From the NCBI GenBank assembly GCA_012295275.1, contig CM022670.1, positions 36,146,001-36,210,000 on the forward strand: a stretch of 64,000 nt of DNA. The letters run 5' to 3'. This document shows, piece after piece, positions 10,013 to 24,600 of the stretch (positions are counted from its first letter, which is position 1; every line of letters begins with the position of its first letter). This DNA is from Chrysomallon squamiferum (taxonomy: Eukaryota > Animalia > Mollusca). The notes below the pieces were generated by a model. The model ran no database searches. It had not been told where the DNA came from and saw only the letters and a list, made by a program, of their open reading frames with translations. The translations under genes were made by a program, and so were the position numbers.

Positions 10013-13000
10013 CTCATGTACATGTAACTTTTCCAATTCTATGGCTTCTTCTTCAGAATGTGGTATAGCTGAACTGAAATGAAAAATTAGATTTGATTTT
10101 TTAGCCTTTCTTGAAATATTAACAAGCAAAGAAGAAGGAAAAAGGAAAATGTATTAGATTTAATGGTATTTCTGAAAATTAAATAATTATGCTAAACTTG
10201 ATTTAAACCGTAATTTATTTGCCTAAAACAAATGCTGAGAAAGAACAGAAATTATAATTTTAAATATTAACAATTTAACAAAGGATAACAAAGGTTTAAT
10301 ATGGTTTGAACACATAGACATGTTATTATTACAGAACTAATGCATTGACTATATCTTAAACAAATCAATATGAATATATAATGCTTGATGATTATACACA
10401 GGACAAACAATAAAGACAGATTATCTTACCTTGAATGATTATGTGATTTCTCATTTGTCATTTCATCATCTGATAAAAAGGATGATAATAAATTCAAAAA
10501 TTAAACAATTGAAACAATTCATAGAAAAAAAGCTGTCAAAATTAAACAATTAAACAGCAGACTTTTTTAACATGCCTAACCAAAACTAAGATATTGTTTT
10601 TATTTATCTTCTCTATGAGAAATGTAGCTTTCTTTAATTAAAGCCAAATTGGACCATGATTCTTACAAAAAATTAAAACAATAGTACCTCATGAAAACTA
10701 TAAAGAAAAAAGCTTTATTTGTTATTTTCTTTTTTTTTTTTAAATATTCCCTAATATAATTCTCAACCAAAAAAAACCAACAAAAAACATCTTTCTTGGA
10801 ATTGAACATTTATTTCCCAAGTGTACAAAAATGTAGAGAAACAAAATAATTGAAAACCACTCCTGTACTCGCAAGAATGTATTTGTGAAGGAATGACAAC
10901 TGAAATAACTAGCAAGAAAAAAGAAAGAAATAATAATAATAATAATAATAACATATTTAAAAAGAAAAACCTGTTTGTATTTTTAATTTCCTGAAAGTGA
11001 AAGATGTTCTTGTTCCACGTTTGAGCAGAGTGAGATTGCCATCAGCTGTTGGAACAATGTCAGACTTTCTGGGTGTGATGCCATGTGACCAGACATATCG
11101 AGAGTCACCGGTCATGATAATTAAGCTGCGAGCTGGTAACAATACTGACAGATGTTGTCCATCGGGATGACGAAAATCCATCACAGTCTAAATAAAAAAA
11201 TGTATTGTTGTAAGAAACTCAGTGGAATGGTACAAAAATCAAGATGAAAAATTAAGTTAAATATTTGGAGGAAGAAGAGCTAAAGATTTAATACCAGATA
11301 TTATCATAACTGATTAAAAGATTCTCTTTATTTCTGCCCAGAAATATGTAAGCTTAAATACTCTGTGAAGTGACACAGCAACCAATATGAAATCTATTAA
11401 CTTAAAGAGAATGAGATATATGTTTCATGATAAAAGAAAAACAACCTGACTACAGGCTATATTAGATACATGGTGAAATAATTTTAGTAAATAATTTAAT
11501 GTATTTTAGTGTTACCAAAAAAATGTAAAGAACAAAGAATCTGATTATTTTAAAATACATTTCAGAATTGTTTTACTGCAGAAAATAAAATAAAAACAGA
11601 AAACAGGTGCTTTATCTATACATTTTTAATAATAATAATAATAATAATTTTAAAAATTAAAACCAAAACCTGAGATCCTAGGCTTAAAGACATTATCCCA
11701 TCTTCAAAAGCTGACACAGTATCAACATGAGGTGGAATTCCTTTATTTACAAAAACACAAAGAAAACTATATGTTTTCACAATAATAAATATAATATATA
11801 CTGTTTATTCTCATAGAAATGATTAAAGGAATTATCTAAAATGTTAAACTAATGTTTTTAAGCAAAATATTCATTTATTCAAATGAATGGAAACAAAATG
11901 TAGAATTTTTTATTCATAAATTGGATAAAATGGTTATATTATATATGACACCTGAAAGATAAATAAAGTACTGAAGATGATAATTAAAGCCCCCCAAAAA
12001 TAAACCCAAAATCTGAATAATTTACAATGTAAAATACTGCTATTTTTTTTTAATGACAAAATGAAATATAGATAGAAATAAAAAACTGTATCAACCTTGG
12101 CCTGGTTTATACTGATTGACAGTCAACTGATCAGGAAAATGATGCACAACTTTCATTTCCAAAGCTCGATTCAGCATTTCGTAACATTCCTTTGGAATAC
12201 CCTGAGGTAGTGGTTCATTAGGATCCACATTGTTTATTCCATACTTAAACTCAAAGCCAAAGTGTTGCACATTCCTATGTTTAAGACATTTCTGAACTGG
12301 AAATAAGTAAAAAATGTTGGTAATTTACAGGTTAATTTATAGATAAAATGGTATTTGTTACTAATATTTATCTTTTTTTGTTTTCCTTTTGCTTTTGCAA
12401 CCAAACACAATTTAAATAATATATTTGTTAATCTTACATTAAATACGTAAAACACGAAATAATTATAAAAAGTATGAAAACTAATTAAACTGGATTTGTT
12501 ATGAAACAGAAGATTATCTTAAGATTATTTTTTTAAATTCAATGGAGAAAAGTTATGTCAAGTACTGAATTAAAACCTTTTCAAAAATAAACTTAAACAA
12601 ATTTTACAGAGTATTCAGTTTGACTGTGTTTGTGGAAGCTACTTAAAGTAATAACCACATTTACTATTAATGTTCTTAATATAAAATTAATTTTATATTA
12701 CAACACATCCAAAAAAATGACCTGTATTATCATCTTCATCCTCCCATTGAAGACACTGAAGTAATTTTTCTTCATATTCTGGAGTCAAAAATTTTCCAAC
12801 AATATTAAACCAGGAGGTAATGAAGACGAGGGGCCAAGAGAAGAAGGCACTGAAAACATCAGTATACTTTTAAATTTACTTTGGCTAAAATATTTTACTA
12901 AAACTGTTTTTCAAGGGACAAAATAAGTAAATTGTGCATCTTCCTATCATATGTGGATTTACTTTAATGCAGGTATTTCTAAAATCACACACATAATAAT

Positions 13001-15440
13001 ACAGATTGTTCTAAAATAAGATTGCACAAGTTTTATTTGATGTTAATAAAGAGAGACAGGTGTAGGTGTGTGTGTGTGTGTGTGTGTGTTTTGTATATAC
13101 ATATATATGATGTCTTAAATTAACAATACTAAATGATCTAAAAATTATATTTTTTTTCCCAGCAATATTTATCATGGTCTGAATAGCAAATAGTTAAATT
13201 TTAACAGCTTCAATTTACAAAATTGAGATATTGGAAATGTAAAAAAACAACAACAAAGGCTCTTCTTCAATAGTCATCATTTTGTTAAGAGAGAAATTAA
13301 GAAGCTTACTGTAATGGAAAGCATTCTGAAGACAAACTTATTAATTTAATAAACCTGATAAAAAATAAAAGAAGTAAAAGAGTACTCTAAGTTTTATCAA
13401 GTTTTATACATTTAATTGTATAGACTGGTATTATACACTGAAAATATATATGATACCTTGGTTAACAAATGTAATATAAAATCGAATCTGCTGTGAATAA
13501 AGACTTCCTGTGACATTATGCCCATTCAGGGCATTGTAAGCTGCATCTGCCTCTGATACATTTTCAAAACAAACAAAGCAGTATGGTTTTTTGGACAGCA
13601 TAATAACATCTTCTACTGTCCCATATGGATTAAAGAGTTCCATAATTTTTTCATAAGTCATATCAGCATCCAGACCTCCATTATTAATGCACAAAATCTG
13701 GAAAAAAGTACATATAAATATCTTTAAAACTCTGTGCATAACAAAACAAAAAAAAAATGACAAAATAATGTACAAAAAATAAGAATCTAAATTAATAGAT
13801 AATTCAAAACACAATATTCAGTTTTGGTATAGATCATATTATGGTAGATTGTACCTTTTAACATTCACAATGATAAACTATCTAAGTCACTTATAAACCT
13901 TTTTGGTGCACCGATATAAAGTGCAAGGTTTTATTGCTTCTATGTGGTTAAAATAAAACTGGTGGGGTGGGTAATCTGGATGTAGGAAAAAATGGCACTG
14001 CAAAAAAGATACATGGAAAAAATGGCACCTGGAAGAAATGGCACAATGAAAATTTAAAAAAAATGGCACTTTATTTTATTTGTTTTGTATAGTTGCTTAA
14101 AAAAAAACCCACCTTAAAAGTACTTTTGAAAATACAATTTATTTGTGCAATATTGCTACATATATATATATATATTAATATATAGCATCACTCAACCACT
14201 TGGTTTTGCTCAACAAAGTACAATATTATAACTCAGTTTAATACTACAATTATCACATTATTATCACATTTAAAAATACAGTATGCATAGCATCACTCAA
14301 CACATAGCATTACTCAGCCACTTGGTTTTGGTTATCATGAGGTTTCCAGCACATGCTGTGACTAGCAATTATGAATTGTTTTTGTAAGGAGGACTTAATG
14401 GATTATATGATCATGATCAAACACTAATGGAATTATGTGTGTGTGTGTGTGTGTGTATATATAGATCCATGAGTACATTCAAACATACAGAAATGTTCAA
14501 ATATCCTCCAAAATGTAATTTCAAACATATATGTATGTATGTATGTATGTATTTATATATGTATGTATATGTATTTGGCGGATTGTTTTTGGTTTACATT
14601 TGTTTTGACTGTTTAATTATGAATGTCAACAATTGTTAAATATGACATTAGCTGCGGATTATATTATTTCTGACATTAATTCATTATCTCAAATATTATT
14701 CATGCACTGGTTTTTTATGTGCAATAATTAATTGTTTTTGTAAACAGGACTTCACCTACTACCAATAACTAAATGTCAGTAAGCAGTAAAAAAAAAAAAA
14801 ATTTCGAGTGCCCTTTTTTCCAGTGTCAATTTTTTTTCTTTTTTTTCTGAACCACGGGAAATCTGATACCATTTTCTGTGCCACTTGTAGATGTTGGTAC
14901 CAATTACTGTGACAACTGCTCAGCGTTTAGCATCAACCTTATAAGTTGTGTAATGTCTTATTATCTAACACAGTAACACTGTAACTGTTTAAGTATAACA
15001 CACTAAGTGACTAACGCTGTTACAGCATTAACCTTATTTCAAGCTGGGACAAAATGTGCACAATACTTTATGAATATACGATAAATTATTACGAATATAA
15101 TAAAATTACCACAAAATTTTGTGCTCTTCATAAACATTATACTGGTAATATTTGAGACAAAATCAAATTATCTGTATAAGTATTGTCTATTGAATATCAT
15201 CAGTATCAGTATGATAGTGGTAATGGTGATTATCATGGGGTTTTCGTGATCATTGCTCTTTAAGTGAAATTAACCATTTATATTTCCTTTATAATATTTC
15301 TTTAATTTCACCTTCGTTGGAACCTCGCATGTTCCAATACCGTCATGTTTCATCAAAATATATTTCGCCTTATTTTGTTTCTTAATCAATTTTCTTTCAC
15401 GCTTGTTTATTTTCAGATTGCCATCTGTGGAGGCTGCCAT
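10013..15440 (-). CDS. ALKBH8: tRNA (carboxymethyluridine(34)-5-O)-methyltransferase / AlkB homolog 8, 5' part (RRM and 2OG-Fe(II) dioxygenase domains; methyltransferase exons not seen, presumably left of the window)
   Basis: GT-AG exons 15440-15312 ([34 protein letters not shown]), 13697-13457 (ILCINNGGL...RRM), 12849-12722 (LPPGL...; carries a 1-nt frameshift), 12296-12096 ([15 protein letters not shown]...[14 protein letters not shown]), 11740-11670 (IPPHVD, HxD motif), 11187-10971 ([15 protein letters not shown]...RTSFTFRK), 10469-10430, 10073-10013 (ELEKLHVHE). Motifs match ALKBH8, and exon phases are consistent apart from the frameshift. Confidence 0.93.
13978..14853. mobile_element. 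Degenerate non-autonomous TIR (MITE/foldback-like) element in ALKBH8 intron 1
   Basis: The left end has tandem GGAAAAAATGGCAC-like motifs (13985-14070). The right end has the inverted motif GTGCCCTTTTTTCCAGTGTCAATTTTTT (about 14808-14853). Confidence 0.45.
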
Positions 15441-16267
15441 TTTAATAATCTCGAATTGAAAATATATTTATTAAAATTATAATAATTGCATATGCCATCT
15501 ATAATAATATGTTTTATGCATGGAAATGAATATTAAATATGAAATTTTGAAGTAAATTTTACTGTTTGTAAAAGCAGACAAGTTAAAGGATATATGTATT
15601 TATTGTATAATTCTGAGCTAAATTGCAATAGACTGGTACGTTTAATTCCCGCCTTGTCTAAAAGGATGAAACATCTCAAAGATTCGATAGTCCTCAATGT
15701 GTGTCATAGATTTATGTAATAAAGTTGGGTTTTGGGGGGGGGGTCTAAACAAAATGTATACGCATGTAATTTTCCTCAGATCGATTGTTTAGATCACAGT
15801 CAACTACATCCAACATATTAATCTGCCAGTGATCTTATAATTAAAGATGAAATAATTTTTAAAATAGCAGTTCTCTATGTCGTTTGTTTGTTTTGAAAAT
15901 GTGATAAAAATAAATATTAAAATTTCGAAAATTAAAACTACAACACCTTTAAAGTTTATAGACTATTTAAAACTGAGTTTCTTTCATGTTTTGTTTGTTG
16001 GTGTAAACTGGAGAGCTGTTTGGATTTTTCTGTTTATTAATAATGATTATTGTATCCTGTAATTTAAACACAAGTCAGATTTATATAAAAGAAAAAATAT
16101 GTGGAAATAAAATAATTTTGAAGCTATGTCAAATAGTTTAATGTACTTTTATTTTATTTATTATTAATTTGTTTTTCCAGCACTTTACGGTTTTTAATGA
16201 ACTGAATTTGAGCGCAACTAAATTGATGGTAGTGGTGTACAAAGTACAAAATTGTAACCAGAAAAAA
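15441..16267. promoter_or_regulatory. Bidirectional promoter region shared by ALKBH8 and THOC2
   Basis: The divergent start codons are separated by 827 bp, and both ATGs lie in an AAAATGGC (YY1-like) context. Confidence 0.65.
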
Positions 16268-16917
16268 ATGGCGTCCTCGTGCCTTACTCCGGATGCTTGC
16301 AAATCTTGGGAAAAATCAGGAAAATCAGATTTGTATGTTGTACTTTTTGTTTCATCTTTCTGCAGAATGTACGCTTGTATAAATACATTATTTTTCAAGT
16401 TTATTTTAATCTTATTTCAAGTTCTTATCTTTATTTAACAGTTACTGGTTTCTCGCAATAAATTAAAATATCTATCATTTATGACCACTGAAGTCTTCAA
16501 AAGTACAGTTACTAACACAATATTTTAAATAACAATAAAAATATATTTAAATGGAAGAATAAATCTGAAAGATACTTTCTTTACGTGATATGCAGTGGTT
16601 TTTTAGAGTAATAGTCCACACGTTTATGTTAAATAATGAATTAAGATGTTCGGAACCAGATTAGTACACTGTATTGTAGTAGTACTAGTAATTAGTACTA
16701 TTAACACTCCTTTTTTTTTTTTTTTTTTCTTCAGTAAACTTAATTATGAATCTTTTCGTCTTTTAAAGAAGTTTCAAATCTTCTTTGTTTGCATTTATAT
16801 AATTTTTAAATATATTAGTGCAGTGAACAAGTTGTTTTAATATTAAATTATTAAAACGTCTTTAGATATTACATATTCATGATAATGATGTTTGTGTATG
16901 TGTGTGTGTGTGTGTGT

Positions 16918-16950
<33 letters not shown>

Positions 16951-18613
16951 TATTAATGCATTTTTTATGTGAAACCTCAGACAATTACACTTCAATTAAT
17001 CATCCAAAATATCATGTTTCAGTGTTAAACAGTGCAAAAAGCTTGCAGATGGAAATGGTTTGTGGGATCCTGGCTCACAGACAGTGAAGCATGCTGTTTA
17101 TGATTTATGCTGGTGTGTGCTCAGAGGGCAGCTGAAACAAGAATTGGCACTCAGTGCACTAGCAGACATCAGTGTAAGAATATATTAATGGACAAAATAT
17201 CTTTTAAGTTCTCTTTTTGCCCCTTTTATTTGATCTTTTATTTACGTGTGTGTGTGTGTAGACATGTAATAATATATTATGTGAGGGAAATATTTTATTT
17301 TTTATCATGGGTTTCTAGAACCTCAAGATCTTTTTGTATTCAATAAAGATAATTCTAATTATGTTTGCAATCAGCTTTGATTTTCTTTTGCTTGTTTTTC
17401 AGGACCATCTGAAAGATTTGCACTCACTGCTGGCTGATATCCTTGGAATAATTGGTAATACTTGATGCTATTTTGGGACTATATTTCAAATCGGGGCTAG
17501 CCTTGAGCCATTTAAGTACCTTTTGGGGGTTCTATCTTGTTATAACAGAAAATGTTAATGTTGTTATTAGCAATCAGTTGTATTGGTGAAGAAACTTGTG
17601 ATACTTTCCTTTGGATTTGACTGGATATCAAGAAGATTTCTTTTAAGCTTAACTGGAGAAATTCTATTTAACTGACAGTGTTATCTCTTCAAGATTATCA
17701 TCATATTCGTGGAATCATCTGTATTTTTGCTTAGGAAATAATGTTAATTAAAAATGTTCATGGATGAATTCTTTAATTGCCTCTATTGTGAACTGTGAAT
17801 ATAAGACAGTGTTGACTAATGATTTTGACAATAAAAAATAAGAAAATGTGTATGTTTCACATACTAAATAGGTTAATATTTATTATAATTTCCATTTTCT
17901 GCAGAAAGTTTTGTTTTTGTTTTTATAATGTTAAATTAATGCTTTTATTTTTTTATTTTTTTTTTTTTTATTAATGATTGTAAAGGAGAAATCCTGCCGA
18001 AAGTTTTATTTTATTTATTTTTTTAACTGTTTTATGTGTGGTTAATTTTAACTGTTATTTAGATATTTGACAATGTTTGCTGTATTGCAAAATGCAAATG
18101 TGCTGTTAACACCATTTCTGCAAGCTAATCTTACAATGAACAATGTTTCTTATGGTATTCATCTTAGATTGAAAGTTTTCCTTTAATTTTGAGGCTGTAG
18201 ATGTTTTAAAAAAGACATGTGGGTTGGGGTGGGTAATTACAGTGATATGTTCCTAATCTATTCCGGGAATCCCAAACTATTACAGATGTGGAGACGAGTA
18301 CCTCTGATGACAAGATACAGCGGGAAAAATTTATTACACTTGTTGGTGCTAGTACTGTGAGTAACAATTATTTATTTATTTACTTTAAATTGTTTGGTTT
18401 TGTTTTTAGCACTTGTTTGATTCATCTCATTAGTATATTTGATAATTTGTCTGTTCATTGTATGTATGCCATCAATTTATGATCGACAAATCAGCACAAA
18501 CTGTTAAATGGTCCAATATTTAATAAAAACTAGATCTACTATTTATCTTAATTTGGTTTTAAATATATTTGTTGTTTTAAGGAAAAACATTCAGAGTAAA
18601 TTTTTATTTATAT

Positions 18614-18662
<49 letters not shown>

Positions 18663-21600
18663 CTTTTGTATTAAATGTATTATTAATATTAAATTTTTTT
18701 AGGGCATAATATCGGAAGCCATTCTAAAAGAACGTCTTGATCAGGAAACATTAGAAGCTGCAGGCTTAATACCATCCAAACTTCAGTTCCAGGCTAAATT
18801 TGTCAAGACAAAAACAAGATTATAGTATGTATTTTACAATGTATCGACATTTTGTTGTTAAAGTGCATTAAAGGCTCAAATATCAAATTATTTGATGTGT
18901 TCTGAAGGTACAGTCTGCTGCTGCATCTAAAGAAAAATCAGTGGTTATTGCAGTTTGATTGTTTGGAAAACTATTTTGCCACTAATTAATTTGATTTTCA
19001 GTTTTTCTAAATATTGTGAGCTTTTATAATTTTAAATCTTTACAGTATTAAACAGTTTAATAGTCAATTGTGAAAAATCTTATTTGATTTATATTTTTTT
19101 CCAGCTACAAGCAACAAAAGTTTAATTTGCTTCGTGAAGAAAGTGAGGGCTATTCCAAACTTGCTACAGAATTGAATCAGGAAATAGCTTACAATAAGCT
19201 GACTTACACACAAGTCTTAGAAAATATCAAATCATTGATTGGTAAGTAACATATTTTATCCTCTTTTTTTTCTATTTTTTGTTTTTGTGGTAAACAAGTT
19301 TGTTACTGCAGATCCCTCTCCACAATAGTTTTTTTTTTGTTTGTTTTAATTTGTTTTGTTTCTAATATCACTTAATATTTCTGTTTAAAAAGAAGTTTAT
19401 AGAAAATTTTTTTATCTTGAATAATAGATAAATGTAATGTTTTCTTTTTTAGGTTGTTTTGATCTTGATCCAAATCGTGTTCTTGACATCATACTGGAAT
19501 CATTTGAATGTCATCTGGAACATGAATCTTTCTACATTCCTCTGTTACATGCCTATGTTCTTGACAGGCAGACCCTGTGCCATGTACTTGGATTCCGGTT
19601 CCACTTCTATGAGGTAGATACCATTCCTTCATTCTTCTGTGCATTTATATATCAGTAAGAGAGAGAGAGAGATTAAAAAGCATTTTAGTAGCTGTTGCTT
19701 TGTTATTTTCTTAAATGTACATCCGAATTAGCTCTTTATGATTGTAATTTTTATGTAGAAATTATTATGTATATATATATAAATACTTTTTTTCTTTTAA
19801 GCCATCTCAAGGATCAGATATTCCATCATCATTATATAAAATTGCAGCACTGCTTCTGAAACACAAGCTAGTCAGCCTTGATGATCTTTATCCTCATGTA
19901 AGTTATAAATAATAAAAGCTATATCAGAAATACTAAACAGTTTTAAAACTTTTATGTTTGAAAATTGTACACACACATTAATTAAATATTTGTATGAAGA
20001 ACATTTTTTTCTTCTTGACCATTACATTTTCTTTATACTCATATCTGTGTTGTTAGACCCTTTGTTTGGTAGATCCAAGTATATAAAGAATATTTTTGAC
20101 AACATGCTTTTCTGATTTTATGTCTCATGTAAATTTGTCAATCTTTCAGCTACTGCCTAGTGATGCAGACATTGTTTCCTATCACAACAAAGAGGTTTCA
20201 GATGCTAAAGTCTACGCTAGAAAATTAAATGTTCTTGTCTTGTCTGACAAAAAGGATGATGATAAGGACAAAGAAGATACAATGAAGATTGATTTGGTAA
20301 CTTATTGAAACAATTAATTTGTGTGAAATGATAATTTGAAATAATTAAATTCATATATCATTCATCTGATTATTTTTATTTAATTAAATGGTTTTTACTT
20401 CCCTTTTATATTTTAATAATAATAAAATGTTGATAACTTTTGTTAATGGTTTCAACTTTTCATGTTGGTGTTACTTAATGTGCAAATTTTTAAGTTGTTT
20501 TTTTCATCTTTTTGTTTATTTTGTTATTAGTAATAAATTACATTATACAGTTCTGTAATAAAGTTACTTTTTAATTAGAGATTTGACATTTTTTAGCGTG
20601 CCAATAATCAGAAAATTGGACTGTGTGAAGCTTTGTTGGAGATTGGTTCTTGGGAGAATGCTAAGGCAATTCTGGATCGGATGCCTGAATATTTTGCTGT
20701 TTCTTACAGTCCCATAGCAAAAGCACTGTGTACCTTCATCCATGCTGCCATTGAGCCATTATATCATCAGTGAGTTTTTGTTACTTGTCAATGTCTGTAA
20801 AGCATTCACATCTGAGCTGCAATACAAAGATAAGTCTGTTACAAAGAGTTTGTAGAAATGAAGTGAATACTGCAGAGCAATTAATGGTTATATTGATTTA
20901 AGTTTTTATTTTCTTTAAACAAAAAAAAGTTAGCTTATCCATTGGACTAAATGATTTTTTATTTGAAAACTGTTATCATAACCATGTTGTTTTTATTTTT
21001 TTTTTTTACTTTTTTTCAGAAACTGTGGATTATCTGGTTATCTGAGAAGGAGAAGATCAAAATATCCAAAAGACAAATCAGGCATAGAGACTGTAAAGAC
21101 TTTCCAGCAACTTCACCACAAAGTGTTTCCAATGTTGTCATATCTAGGACCACATGCCTCAATAGACCCTGTCCTGTTGGTTAAATTCATGAGAATGGGA
21201 AAAGCATTCATGATCAAAGTATGTTTTCAGTGCAAAATGCTAAGTCATTTACATTTGAAAAACCAAAGGGTCCTAAAATAAAATGTCAAAAACTGTGCAC
21301 ATCTGTAAAGAAAACACTTAACATTTACATGAAGTAATTAACTTCATCTTTTTAAGAAATAAATGCAAGCTTTATATTACCAAAATGATAAATCTATTAA
21401 AATGATTAATTTTAAGCATATTTGATTTCAGCGAAATGATGGAGGTATTGCACCTGAGGATGATGTAGCCTACTATGGCTTCTTGAATGTGCTTGATGAT
21501 GTTCTGCTTCCATGCCAGTCACTTTTGAGGTGCAACTGCTGCATAGCTGAAGAATTGTGGAACTTCCTAAAACACTTCCCTTACGAACTAAGGTACTTAA

Positions 21601-24600
21601 CTACATAGTATATTTCACTTGCAAATTGGCTTTCTTATTTTTAAATACTTCATCATTTAAAAAAAAAATTTTAAATACTTCATCTTTTTGAAAAAAAAAA
21701 AATTAAGTTTTATTGCATAAAATCTTTTATTTTTACATTGGTTAAATCATATTTTATTTAGGTATCGACTATATGGCCACTGGAAGAATGATGCTTATGC
21801 CCAGCATCCAGTTCTCATCAGAAGAAGAGCTGACTGTCTTGACAGGGCAAAATACATAATGAAGTAAGTTTTATTTCATTATCCAAGATAGCTTTTTTAT
21901 TATTATGTTTTATACAGATAGTTACAAAAATCATTTTATTGGTTAATTGATTTATAAGCCTTCTAAATATATATTCCCTTGATTAAACTGCTTTATAAAA
22001 AATCTAATTAGTGATTCTCTTATGTGTTTTTGAATAATATTTTACTTGGCCTGTTCTTTAAATATTTGTTTTGTATCTTGAGGTTTTAAATCTTATTTTT
22101 TCAATCTGGTATCTGTAACAATACTGATTTTGTTCTATAGGCGTTTGTCAACAGAAACCATAAAGCCGTCTGGTAGGCAGATTGGAAAATTGACTCACAG
22201 CAATCCAGGAGTTGTTTTTGAATATGTAAGTAGAAAGTTTATTATATCAGCTGAAACAGATACAGAATTAAAAAAGCTTCAACATTTTACTTTCCAATTT
22301 TTTTTTATTTTATCAACCACACAAAGACACAATTAATTTGTTTTTTTGTCTTTTGAAGTAGTAACTGTATAATAGTAATTAACACACAATTTTTTTTTAA
22401 TAATTTACCTTTGAGGTTAAAAAAATATGTATTTTAACTGTTTCCATTATTTTATAGATACTGACGCAGATTCAGCGCTATGACAACTTCATTGGACCAG
22501 TTGTGGATTCTCTCAAGTTCCTCAGTTCAATGACTTACGACATGTTGACATGTAATTTTCTCTTTTTTTAAGATAGAAATAATTTATTAATTGTTTATAC
22601 AAATAGTAATGAGAAATTTAAAAACATTTTGGAAATTATTTTTGATTATTTTTCAAAGTGGAAAAGACATTTTTGTTATCATTAACAGAAATTTTGGATG
22701 CTACTGATAAATCTTTTACTTATAAATACCATCACATTAGTACTGTAGTCATTTATACAGGATTTCTGAATGTTTGTTAACTCTGTTTTTTGTGCATAAA
22801 ATAGTTTTCTGAATTGTTCAGATTGCATCATAGAAGCTGTGGCCAGCCCAGAACGTGAAAGGTTAAAGCACGATGACACAAACATATCCCTTTGGTTGCA
22901 GAGTAAGTGCAAAATTTTCAATTACTTCACAGATATAAATGTGAAGTATTTTAGTTTGTTTTTAATTAGTAAAACTATTTCTGCAGTAGAAAAGCAGATT
23001 ACCTGTATGTAAATAGAAATGAATGGAGGAAATTATTTTGGACACTCTTTAAACTCTTTTCGGTTTAATATTTATTTATATGTATTTTTATTTATGAAAA
23101 CAATTGATCAGTATATGTTAAAACAATATCTGATGTTTTATTTCAGGTTTGGCTAACTTTGCTGGATCAGTGTGTAAGAAATACCAGGTGGAACTGGGAG
23201 GGCTTCTGCAGTATATCACAAACCAACTCAAGGCAGGAAAAAGGTAGAATATTGTAATTGATTGTTTATACTGCTAATGTTTTTGACAACAAAATGTTTT
23301 AAGAATGTCCACTTTAAAATTTATAAAACATTTTAAAAATGCTGTGGCATTTATTTACAATATATTTGTTATTCTTGATAAATTTATTTTCAGTTATGAT
23401 CTGTTACTGCTCAGAGAAATAGTACAGAAAATGGCAGGCATTGAGATCTCTGAGGAAATAACTAGTGACCAGCTTGATGCCATGAATGGTGGAGAGTTAC
23501 TGAGACAAGAGGTATGTTTATGTTTGTCTGGAATATACCTCATCTTTAAACAAAACATTTACTGAAAATATTACTGTTTTCTATTGCTAGATTTCTATAC
23601 AAGCAGAATTCGATCATATTGCATAATTAATATTTTTAAAAAGTCCATCTTTAGATATTGTATCAGAATTTCTCATCCTTTAAAATTGGTTTACAGGAAA
23701 TCATTGAATAGATTTAAATGTTGTTTAAATTGTAGAAATAATTTTTGGCTCACACAAAAATTATTTGAATATCTGCTAAAAGAAATGAGTTCATTTTGCA
23801 GGGTGGATATTTTGCTCAAGTTCGAAACACAAAGAAATCCTCAACACGACTTAAGGACTCTGTACTGGAACATGACCTGGCAGTGTCGCTTTGTCTGTTA
23901 ATGGCACAGCAACGAGATTCAGTGATATTCCAGGAAGATTCTGAAAGACATCTGAAACTTGTGGGGAAGCTTTATGATCAGGTCAGTTTTGGAATAATTT
24001 GAAGGACAAACAAAATTTTTGACTTGTAAATTAAGGAATGAATAACTTGTTAATGGAAACTTGTTAATTAATAAAGATCTTGAACATGGAAGATTTTCAT
24101 ATCATTACAGTTACAACATATTTTTAAACTTCTCAGCAGTGTTAAGCTGTGTGATCTGTTCATTAACAATATTAGCTATAAATAAAATAATTTTTTTGTA
24201 AACAAAAATGTTCAAAATTCATTTTGTTTCATTGATACATGATAATAATATTAACTTTTTATTAATATCAATGAGGGGGTGTTCTGTTTTGTTTCAGTGT
24301 CAGGATACACTGGTTCAGTTTGGAACGTTCCTTTCTATGCAGCTGAGTACAGAGGAGTTTGTCAAGAGACTGCCGTCCATTGATGTTTTAATTTCTGAAT
24401 ACCATGTACCAGCAGATGCAGCTTTCTTTCTGGCCAGACCCTTTTATGTCAATGCAATCAATGTAAATATTGTTTGGTTGATTAATCAGAAATGAATGTT
24501 GTTGATTTTTTAAAAATATTGATCAGTTTCTGCAGAAAAATAAAATCATATTTAAGAACTATACCTTAAAAAATCATTATTTGTAATTGTATTTATTCTT

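Noticed and set aside
12785-12787. In-frame TGA in ALKBH8 as selenocysteine
   Set aside because: Homology continues in a different frame, so this is a frameshift rather than readthrough.
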